Assembly: GCF_000002075.1 (NCBI RefSeq)
Contig: NW_004797343.1
Coordinates: forward strand, 2,744 to 66,608
Direction of reading: 5' to 3'
Source of the DNA: Aplysia californica
Lineage: Eukaryota
DNA: 63,865 bases
Every line of letters starts with the position of its first letter. The stretch's first letter is position 1. The position numbers and the translations under genes are program-made. Positions 1 to 10,099 of this stretch are shown piece after piece. Below the pieces are notes generated by a model. It was not told the origin of the DNA and did not search any database. It was given only the letters and a program-made list of their open reading frames with translations.

Positions 1-379
1 TTATACGATGACTTCACCCCGTCAGACACGCGCTTTTCACCTGCTTTAAGTTCAAAGTTCAAATTCAAAGCTGATGTCATCGATGTTCTTTTTCCCCACC
101 CAACAAGATTTTCAACTCGTCGTGTCGGGAGATGGTTGTGCCGTTCACATTTCGTGGACTCCATATTGGTATTTTATGCCTTTGATCCACTTCTGAGCTC
201 GGAACTCCCATCCTCTCGTGTCCTTTCGTCTCCCTCCGTCCCTCTTGAATACAAATGAATAAATATGTGCACGCACCTATTAGAACCTACTCGTTCTCTC
301 GCTGTTCCCCCTTTGAAATTGGAGCTCCCTCCTTGTTGTTCCCCGTGTACACGGCAGCTTGCCTGTTTTCTTTTTCCTC

Positions 380-860
380 CCTCTCGCTCCCTCCCGACGA
401 CCGCTTTTCTAGCAAGTTTCAATAGAAGCTTCTCCTTGTACCGGAGCCCGCCTCGGTCCCCCTTCATACAACACAACACACACGGGCCCGGCCGCCCGCC
501 CGACACCTAGCAGCCAGCTAGCTCCTCGCCTCAGTTCGTTCGCTACCGCGCTCTATAGATCGGTATTCGTCTGCTGCAGTGTCAGCGCTGCCGCCATCTT
601 GAATTGTTCGCCCGCCAGCCGATTCGATAGCAAAACTGGGGGGAGCATGTAGGCCGAGAGAGTGTTGTGCTGTGATCGAGGCTACAGGGATTCAGGCATG
701 GTGGAAACTGTTTTGGTTTTAAGTCGTACTTCATACGGACATTATACCGTGACAACTTTACCTACAAACGTGCACAAAATTGTGATCATCTTGTGATTTC
801 TTTGATTTTTCAAACGGATTATTGTTCCTGACTTTATTGGGTCGATCGGAGGTAAATTGT
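380..860 (+). promoter_or_regulatory. CpG-rich promoter-like island with YY1 motif; possible non-coding first exon
   Basis: High GC/CpG; GCCGCCATCTTG at 590-601; GC-box-like ccgcccgcccg; possible donor GAG|GTAAAT at 851/852. Confidence 0.5.
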
Positions 861-1003
861 GTGACTGTTTTGTTGGGTGGGTTTGGGAATGCTTGGCGCT
901 GGCAGTGAGTGAAAGAAGAAACAAGGTCGACACTGTTTCATGCTTCGGCCGGTGTTCAGGGCACACTGTTTCGTAGTGTCAGTGTTGTGCTTTGTGTGCT
1001 ACA

Positions 1004-1077
1004 TCTAGATCTAGATATAGATATAGATCTAGATATCTAGATCTAGATATAGATATCTAGATTTAGATTAGATCTAA
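1004..1077. repeat. (TCTAGA/TATAGA)n self-complementary simple repeat (also 1246-1298, 2424-2685)
   Basis: Direct reading. Confidence 0.9.
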
Positions 1078-2198
1078 TAACCTTCCCTCAAAGTGTTTAA
1101 ACTCTGCTCAAACAACAAAAGGCAAATCTGCCAGGCCTATTACTAAACTATTACTATTCAATGATTCAATGTATTTTGTTCAGTTCACTTTTAAAGCAGT
1201 TCAGCAATCCTGTTGTGCTGTTTTGTTCGGCTAAGATTTTGATGATAGATCTAGACTAGTCTAGATTTTCTAGATCTAGATCTAGATCTAGATTCTAGAG
1301 GTGATCTTGTAAGTTTCGTTCGTGCAATGTAGGCACTTGGATATCGGCCCGCGCGGCCCGAGATTTTCGTTCACCTGCGGCCGCCGCGTTTTGTNNNNNN
1401 NNNNNNNNNNNNNNNNNNNNNNNNNNNNNNNNNNNNNNNNNNNNNNNNNNNNNNNNNNNNNNNNNNNNNNNNNNNNNNNNNNNNNNNNNNNNNNNNNNNN
1501 NNNNNNNNNNNNNNNNNNNNNNNNNNNNNNNNNNNNNNNNNNNNNNNNNNNNNNNNNNNNNNNNNNNNNNNNNNNNNNNNNNNNNNNNNNNNNNNNNNNN
1601 NNNNNNNNNNNNNNNNNNNNNNNNNNNNNNNNNNNNNNNNNNNNNNNNNNNNNNNNNNNNNNNNNNNNNNNNNNNNNNNNNNNNNNNNNNNNNNNNNNNN
1701 NNNNNNNNNNNNNNNNNNNNNNNNNNNNNNNNNNNNNNNNNNNNNNNNNNNNNNNNNNNNNNNNNNNNNNNNNNNNNNNNNNNNNNNNNNNNNNNNNNNN
1801 NNNNNNNNNNNNNNNNNNNNNNNNNNNNNNNNNNNNNNNNNNNNNNNNNNNNNNNNNNNNNNNNNNNNNNNNNNNNNNNNNNNNNNNNNNNNNNNNNNNN
1901 NNNNNNNNNNNNNNNNNNNNNNNNNNNNNNNNNNNNNNNNNNNNNNNNNNNNNNNNNNNNNNNNNNNNNNNNNNNNNNNNNNNNNNNNNNNNNNNNNNNN
2001 NNNNNNNNNNNNNNNNNNNNNNNNNNNNNNNNNNNNNNNNNNNNNNNNNNNNNNNNNNNNNNNNNNNNNNNNNNNNNNNNNNNNNNNNNNNNNNNNNNNN
2101 NNNNNNNNNNNNNNNNNNNNNNNNNNNNNNNNNNNNNNNNNNNNNNNNNNNNNNNNNNNNNNNNNNNNNNNNNNNNNNNCCATCATCATCATATTGGA

Positions 2199-2353
2199 AG
2201 GACTTCGGTAACGAACGACCACCCAATCAAACACAATAAAGAGGCTTAGACCTAGATATCTAGACCTAACCCTAACCCTACCCCTACCCCTACCCCTACC
2301 CCAAGCCCTCAATTCTGCTCTGTCTCATAGTGGTCGCTCGTTACGGAAGTCCT
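2199..2353. mobile_element. MITE-like element with 24-bp TIRs and internal (CCCTAA/CCCCTA)n tract
   Basis: aggacttcggtaacgaacgaccac (2199-2222) and gtggtcgctcgttacggaagtcct (2330-2353) are inverted with 2 mismatches. Confidence 0.7.
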
Positions 2354-4064
2354 CCCTTTTTACCAAGCCCACTGAAACCTCCCTACTGTTGACTTTAACG
2401 AACGAAACTACAAAATCGCTGATGATATCTAGATAGATCTATAGAAATCTGTAGATAGATCTATAGAGATCTTATATCTCTAGTGTTTTGTAGCGTGCGT
2501 CTACACCTGTGCTAGATCTAGGTCTAGCCTAGAGAATCTAGATCTAGATCTAGATATCTAGATCTCTATAGCCCCTAGAGGCTAGGCCTAGCGTGGCGTA
2601 TGTAGATTCCCTTTCAGTTTCAGAATTATATTCTAGATCTAGAATAGATCTAGATCTAGATCTATATATTCTAAACCTAGATCTACCTGGGTCTATTCCA
2701 GTTATTTTAGTTTTCCTCTCTTCTGGTAAATTTTTACATTCTCTCCCGCACACAGAATGTGACAGATGTACTGCTTCGGAGGGTCAAAATGCAGTGTATT
2801 GTTTGCTGCAGATCACTCATTATAAGCCACACTTAAACTGTGCAAGAAAATTTCAAACTCATCTGTAAAATATCAAATTATGGGTTAAAACGGGGACAGG
2901 GGAACTCCTCTCGATTGGTCCAAAGCACACAAATTACTACTATGCGGTTAGGCATAGATCTAGATCTAGATACAGCTCGATTAAAAGAGCAATCAGATTT
3001 CAAAAACTATTAATTTGCGACAGAAATGAATTTATAGGCTATTCATCGTGTTTGGGGCATCAATATAAAATTTAGTAGAAAATGGACAACTGGTAGAGCT
3101 AAGTGTTAGACGAAGGGAAAGTAAACTGAATACCTCCACTCTAGAAAGGGTAGAAAGCTAGATCTAGGGTAGATCAAGATTTCTAGATCTTGGTTATTAT
3201 TAATTGTGTATGGTAGGCCTATGTCACGCCATCTTTATTGTTTACTCTTTTATTGTAAAACAAGCCTTGTTTGTTGATGTTGGGTTGAGTCTGGACTCGG
3301 TCACTCATTCACATCATGATAATCATTTGTATTGTAACCTATAATAATTCATTTTGTTTGGCATTCATTGAGACGTTATATGCGTGTGGTATATTACGTT
3401 GTTAACTGTTGTATTTAGGTGTTGTTTTTGCACCTAGATCTTGTTCGTCAGAGAATGTACCACACCAACTTGTTGATGTTGACAGGAGTTTCAAGTCGAT
3501 GTAGTGAATTTCTTAACTCCGGAATTATTTTCCATGTTTTCGCGGCATTGTTTACAGGTCTCATGAAACAATGTAACGGGGGATCACGCAAAGTATACAT
3601 GAAGTGACTAAAATGTTTTCAAAGTGAAAGATGAAGTAGTTATCTTACATTTCCGAGTCAAAATTAATCTGTAGTTTCGTAAGAAGATTGTTAGTAAAAT
3701 GCGTTTATCATTTTCATGCGCCCTGTGATCTAATGAGACTCTGGGACTGTCCAGTGGAAGACCTGACGAGTTTTATTGTCCGGTGCTCTCATTGTCCACT
3801 GAGGGTTTTAGAGTTTTAATTCAAGAGGATACAATTTAAGTTCTTTAGTTAGACCTTGGTTTCTTTTCTGGGAAAAGGATGAGAGCACTAGTTAGAATTT
3901 ATCTAGGTAACACTAGGTTCCAGGGTTTTTAGAGTAAGTTTTGGTTTGCCTCTGTACTGCAGTATTCATAAAAAGAATATGTGCACAATCACACAGTGTG
4001 AATCTATCAAAGCTTATTTTCCTGACTAAGAGTAGAGTAAATGAAAAACTGGTCAACCCAAGTA

Positions 4065-6030
4065 TAGGGTAATCCAAAAAAAGTCCAGTACAGCTTTTTT
4101 TGTGAATGTTTTCTCCACGCTGAAGTTTTGCTTTTCAAATTTGGACACAACATTTGGAAGTCAAAAGGAATTTGTCTGTATGGATTTTAAATGAGTCCAC
4201 AGAATGGTTTTGTTCTATATTGCGCTTAAAAAAACCAACCCATTTTCAGCTATGTCCCAATTTTTGTAGCTTGACGCACTAGTTCGCATTAGGCCTACTT
4301 CTAAAAATAAAGAACAATTGCGCCATATTGCAAACAACGTAGTCTAACAGGCCAACAGAAGTTTGCAGGTAGTTTTTCTCAAGTTTCCTTTGCCTGCTGA
4401 GATCATGGTTAAGATTAGTATTAAAGAGCAGAGAGCTTTTTGTATTGACTACTTCCTTACCAGCAACTCATTTTTTATGTTTCGCACATGGTAGGGGAAT
4501 AATGTTTAAGTGCCCTCAAGGTCTTCTATGATATCAAGGGTGGAAATGGTCCGTTTGTTAGGACCTGTAGAAAATTAGAACTAAAAACCCCTAGACAAAA
4601 CGACCACCCGTTCTCCACGCTGAAGTTTTGCTTTTCAAATTTGGACACAACATTTGGAAGTCAAAAGGAATTTGTCTGTATGGATTTTAAATGAGTCCAC
4701 AGAATGGTTTTGTTCTATATTGCGCTTAAAAAAACCAACCCATTTTCAGCTATGTCCCAATTTTTGTAGCTTGACGCACTAGTTCGCATTAGGCCTACTT
4801 CTAAAAATAAAGAACGATTGCGCCATATTGCAAACAACGTAGTCTAACAGGCCAACAGAAGTTTGCAGGTAGTTTTTCTCAAGTTTCCTTTGCCTGCTGA
4901 GATCATGGTTAAGATTAGTATTAAAGAGCAGAGAGCTTTTTGTATTGACTACTTCCTTACCAGCAACTCATTTTTTATGTTTCGCACATGGTAGGGGAAT
5001 AATGTTTAAGTGCCCTCAAGGTCTTCTATGATATCAAGGGTGGAAATGGTCCGTTTGTTAGGACCTGTAGAAAATTAGAACTAAAAACCCCTAGACAAAA
5101 CGACCACCCGTAGACGATGTCTGCAGCAATGACTCTCTTTCTTACATCTCAAAGGTCCACATTCTCAAGGTAGATCATCATCTATGACTACCATTTTCCT
5201 GTTCGCAGAGCTCAGAGGATAGCAATGCCTTCAAGATTTCTTGATCGTCTTGAAAATCGTGACATTTGGTTCCTTGGCAAACCCCACATTAACCTTTCAG
5301 GTTATGTCAACTCCACAAATGCTGTNNNNNNNNNNNNNNNNNNNNNNNNNNNNNNNNNNNNNNNNNNNNNNNNNNNNNNNNNNNNNNNNNNNNNNNNNNN
5401 NNNNNNNNNNNNNNNNNNNNNNNNNNNNNNNNNNNNNNNNNNNNNNNNNNNNNNNNNNNNNNNNNNNNNNNNNNNNNNNNNNNNNNNNNNNNNNNNNNNN
5501 NNNNNNNNNNNNNNNNNNNNNNNNNNNNNNNNNNCTCCATACTGTAAGGTATACAGTGTGTGTGGCTTTGAGTACTCATGGTTCAGTGGGTCCTTGTGTT
5601 TGGCCACCACTGAACATTACGAACAACGCTTTAAAATGTCGTGACCAAAGGAGGACATATAGACCATTGGACGATTGGTTCCCGGAATTTCAGAATAAAA
5701 AAATATTTTTTAACTCTGTAGGAGAAAAATATTGTTTATGTTTAAAGGTTACAGGGATGGAAAGATTAGATTTTAAAAATAGAAAGGAAACAAACCAATA
5801 ATTTCATGACTTTCCTTACAAGATCTTTTAAATTGGTGCATTTTGCGATTTATATGTGTGGATTTTTAAAATGAAAAGCCATTTCCGTTTTCAAAAATTA
5901 AGTTTCTTCTTTGTGAATTCTATGTCAAACAAATTCTTTTTAAATGAATTATATCAGTTCTAAATTACAGCATTCTAGTACAAATTTAGTACTATTTAGA
6001 AAGAAGAACTGGGTTTTTTTTATCACCCTG
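4065..6030 (+). mobile_element. Decayed Tc1/mariner (maT/DD37D-like) DNA transposon
   Basis: TA-flanked imperfect TIRs (TA-tagggtaatccaaaaaaagtccag ... ctgggttttttttatcaccctg-TA); relic peptides IWFLGKPHINLSGYVN and HTVRYTVCVALSTHGSVGP resemble IWFSDEAHFHLSGYVN and H..KVTVWCAIS..GIIGP. Confidence 0.7.
4111..5110. repeat. Exact 500-bp tandem duplication (4111-4610 / 4611-5110)
   Basis: Copies identical except one visible substitution (agaacaattg vs agaacgattg). Confidence 0.95.
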
Positions 6031-6558
6031 TATTGAGTCCTTAGTGCATACATAGAACCTTTCATGTGATTTACTCTTTTTTACTTTTTCCTTTGAGCGT
6101 TAGTTATTATTGCCTCTATCTAACGTCTTGGCAATGTGTAGACCTAGCTGTCGTTTGGCAGACTCATAAAATAATCACTCAACATGGTCTAATTTAATAA
6201 TGTTTTATTAGAAATTAAACTCGTTTTTGATTTTTTAAAACTCGTGGAGTTTGCCCTCTTGCTATGTCTGGAACTCAATGTTACTCAATGTATCTTTCTA
6301 ATGGGTTTGCCCTCCATAACACTTTTGCCTTTTTGAGAAAGTTACTCTCAGGTTTTGTTTCTTGAAATTGATTCATTTTGAAATTTTTTTGGTTCTATCT
6401 TGACTATTCTTCAAATCTCTCCCCTTCGCCTTTTGTAGTGAAAATCAACGTGAAGGCATCTTTCCTAGATGCTCAGGAAAACTCGCTGTTTATCAAAATG
6501 AAAAGCATCTTGGAAGCTACATCCACCTTTGACCATTGACAAAGAGAAAACACTGCAA

Positions 6559-6856
6559 GTGGTTGGTGGGTGCTCTGGTGTGGTTTGCTCTTTTTCTATC
6601 GAACATCCATCATCCTCATCTCTCTTCCTTATTTTCTGTGTTTGTTACTCTCTTATAACACCTCTTATCTTCTGTGGGTAGTTAGCGGATGCTCTGGTGT
6701 GGTTTGCTTTTTCTTTCCTATCAAACAGCTATCGTCCTTATTAAATCTCCCTTTCTTCTTTTTTATGTTTGTTACTCTCTTGTAACACCTCTAATCTTCT
6801 GGCGCTCATATGACCTTATTATGCCGTTGCGAGTGCCGTAATACCTCTACTAAAAT
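6559..6856 (+). mobile_element. Family B retroposon, dimeric (internal duplication of the 5' part)
   Basis: Two GGTGG/AGTT(G/A)G..TGCTCTGGTGTGGTTTGC starts followed by a single tail. Confidence 0.75.
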
Positions 6857-6871
6857 TAGCTCTTATCTGTT

Positions 6872-7385
6872 GGGTGGGGGTTGGCCTAGAGGTTAAGATG
6901 TTTGCCTCTCATTCAACAGGTCCCGGGTTCAAATTCGGTTAGCGACGGATTTCTCTAAAAAAATTTCTCCTTTCACATCCTTTCCTGCTGTCTAACAATG
7001 TTTTGTCGTCTGCTTTCATTTTCACTTTCTGTTCTTGTCCCCTCATCAGGGCTCAGGACTCTTTCTGCAGCCTTAAGTAAGGACTCCTCTGCTCTTTCTT
7101 ACCGCTGTCTTTCAGCCACACACCTGATCTTATGGTAGGTAAGATCTACATCTAGCCTTCTCGGACATAGGCGAAGAATTTATGAGGTCCTGTGTGCAAG
7201 TTAAGCATGTTAAAGATCCCTTGGTGGTCCAAAATCGATAAGAGTAGGCTTCAGCCGCCACCCAGGCAAAATTCAAAATTCAAAATTCAAAATTTCCTAC
7301 CAACTGAAAATTGAAAATGTTTGGTGTGTCACGCCGCTCGTATGACCTTTCTGCAGTGGCGAGCGCTGTAAAACACCCCGAAATC
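6872..7385 (+). mobile_element. tRNA-derived SINE with Deu/Nin-like central domain
   Basis: A box TGGCCTAGAGG, B box GGTTCAAATTC; central ccttctcgga..gaggtcctgtgtg..gttaaagatccc; tail ATGACC..GCGAGCGC..TAAAAC. Confidence 0.8.
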
Positions 7386-7707
7386 TTTTTAAGCTTTTAA
7401 TATTACCTTATAGATCTTGTGTTGCAGGTGCTGTAAAACTCTTTACTAAAAGTAAAGAGGAAACAACCTGTCTGCCTATGAGAGTAACAGAGACAGTGAA
7501 GAGCTTCCTCCAATCTTTTTTATTTTCAGTCTGTGATGTTTCAGGTGTACATGAAGAAATCAGAAGAAAAATAATTTCAGAAACATAGATTAGCAGTCTC
7601 TTCAAACAGTTTCCCAAATGCCATTTTAAACCTGTTTGTCATGCCGGAAAGCTGTAGATTAAAATATTAAAATAGACTGCCTATTGCAGGACTCGAACAC
7701 ACGTCTA

Positions 7708-8228
7708 TTTTTTTTTGTAAAGTGTTTTACGGCGCTCGCAACTGCATAGGTCATATGAGCGCGCGGGACACTCCTAATATTTTCAGTTGGTAGGAAATTT
7801 TGAATTTTGCCTGGGTGGCGGCCGAAGCCTACTCTTATCAATTTTAGACCACCAAGGGATCTTTAACGTGCGCAACTTGCACACGGGCCCTCCGAGATTT
7901 TTCGCCCTTGTCCGAGAAGGCTAGGTGTAGATCTTTCCTACCGGAAGACCAGGGGTGTGGCAGAAAGACAGCAGTAAGGAGGAGCCAAGGAGTAGCAGTA
8001 GAAAGGCTGCAGAAAGAGTCAGGAGCCCAGAGGAGGGGGCAAAGGAGGTGAGGGGGTGGGGGCAGAAAGTGGAAATGAAAGCAGACAACAGAACATTGCT
8101 AGAGAGCAGGAAAGGAGGTGAAAGGAGACAATTTTAGAGAAGAAAATTTTTCGGTCACTACCCGGATTCGAACCCGGGACCTTTGAATGAGAGGCCAACA
8201 CCTTAACCTCTAGGCCAGGAGAGCCCCC
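7708..8228 (-). mobile_element. Second copy of the same tRNA-derived SINE, inverted
   Basis: Reverse complement reads gggggctctcctggcctagaggttaagg..ctctca..ggttcgaatccggg (tRNA-Glu(CTC)-like loop), with the same body and tail as 6872-7385. Confidence 0.85.
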
Positions 8229-8709
8229 TCACACACTTCTATAATGTATTGTTGCATGCGCTGATGCACGCCCCCCAAATTTTTTTTTATTTTTTTTTAA
8301 ACTCTGACCGTTTCACTCGTTTCAGATTTCAGTGCAATTTATATTGAATTCTTGTATTCTATCTTCATTTGTTGACGAAATCGTGAATTAAGACTGAACT
8401 CAGAAGTTATTTTGATTGACAAGTCAGGTTGTCCACAGCCAACCTTCTGTTTTTAATTTTGAAAGGTTAACTTAAAGAGTTGCAGATTAATTTTAAAGTA
8501 TGGTGTTATGGGTAGGCATGTGGGATTCCTACTAATTGAAATGAAATCAAAGGTTTAATCTGAAAATGCAGTGGCATCGACTATAGAACCCTACTATGAA
8601 ATCCACGCGGTCCAGAGTACCATGCAGGTATAATTTGCGAGCTTTCCTTTGTCTAGATATTGCTTTTGTCACCACCAACCTCTGCATTCCGTCATGACTT
8701 CGTTCTCAC

Positions 8710-8723
8710 GTGCCACCTAGTGG
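8710..8723. promoter_or_regulatory. CTCF core motif match
   Basis: GTGCCACCTAGTGG is the reverse complement of CCACTAGGTGGCAC, which fits CCASYAGRKGGCRS. Confidence 0.35.
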
Positions 8724-9918
8724 TGGTGTCTGTGATTGCACAAAATATGACTTTATAATATTACAATTTACACAAGAACATTTTAAGAACTTTTTAATCT
8801 TGTAACTTGTATTACATATTATAAAGGTTTGGAGTCGACGTCAAGATTTGTTTGTTTTTTATAGATGTCAAACTTGTTAAGTTGGATCGAGGGCGCTGCT
8901 GGTAGGTCCTACTTCTTTCTTTTTTCCTTCGTTGTTTTCTGTCTATCTTGCCTTTTTCTTGCATTACATGTTTGTTGTGTACGTTTCCTTTCTCTTAATT
9001 TTGTTATTTTTGCCGACTGATCGATTCAACTTGTGAATTATAGGTTTGTACGACTGTTACTGTGGTATTCCTTATTCTACCGAGTGTCATCATAGTCGTA
9101 GAACTGATTGTGAGGCTGATGAACCAGGAGATAGACATGGTGAACTGAGATAAAGACAGTGTCATCTAAGATTAGTTGTGCATAGGTAAGGTATATTATT
9201 CTATCACAAACGGGCTCTCGATGTCATCCGGCTATCGGCTAGTGTGGGAAATTATCTGCGATCGAACAAAGCTGTGAATTGTAAAGTGGCTTTTCACTGC
9301 ATCGCGTGGAGAGGTGTTGCTGATAGCTGATAGTCCCCACATCCTATCACGGGTCTTTTTTGCGGGNNNNNNNNNNNNNNNNNNNNNNNNNNNNNNNNNN
9401 NNNNNNNNNNNNNNNNNNNNNNNNNNNNNNNNNNNNNNNNNNNNNNNNNNNNNNNNNNNNNNNNNNNNNNNNNNNNNNNNNNNNNNNNNNNNNNNNNNNN
9501 NNNNNNNNNNNNNNNNNNNNNNNNNNNNNNNNNNNNNNNNNNNNNNNNNNNNNNNNNNNNNNNNNNNNNNNNNNNNNNNNNNNNNNNNNNNNNNNNNNNN
9601 NNNNNNNNNNNNNNNNNNNNNNNNNNNNNNNNNNNNNNNNNNNNNNNNNNNNNNNNNNNNNNNNNNNNNNNNNNNNNNNNNNNNNNNNNNNNNNNNNNNN
9701 NNNNNNNNNNNNNNNNNNNNNNNNNNNNNNNNNNNNNNNNNNNNNNNNNNNNNNNNNNNNNNNNNNNNNNNNNNNNNNNNNNNNNNNNNNNNNNNNNNNN
9801 NNNNNNGGGTCCACTTGTTTTCAACATTGCCTTCAATTTATTGTCATTTTGTCATTTTTAAAATATGTTCCTGTGTTAATTTATTTTTACTTGTGCTTGT
9901 TTGTAAAGGCAAACGCCG

Positions 9919-10099
9919 TGGGTGGTTGGCGGGTGCTCTGGTGTGGTTTGCTTCTTCTTTCCTATCAAACGTCTATCGTCCTTACCTCCATTTCTTCTTT
10001 TTTATGTTTGTTACTCTCTTGTAACACCTCTAATCTCCTGGCGCTCATATGACCTTATGCAGTTGCGAGCGCCTTAAAACCTCTACTAAAACGAAACAA
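9919..10099 (+). mobile_element. Short retroposon (family B), intact with 14-bp TSD
   Basis: aaaggcaaacgccg at 9905-9918 and 10100-10113; A-rich tail; homologues elsewhere in the window. Confidence 0.85.

Noticed and set aside
553-597. Minus-strand gene start AAGATGGCGGCA
   Set aside because: Stops after 14 codons with no donor; better read as a YY1 motif
8150-8228. tRNA-Glu(CTC)-like gene (also 6872-6950)
   Set aside because: Acceptor and anticodon stems do not pair, and the sequence continues into a shared SINE body and tail
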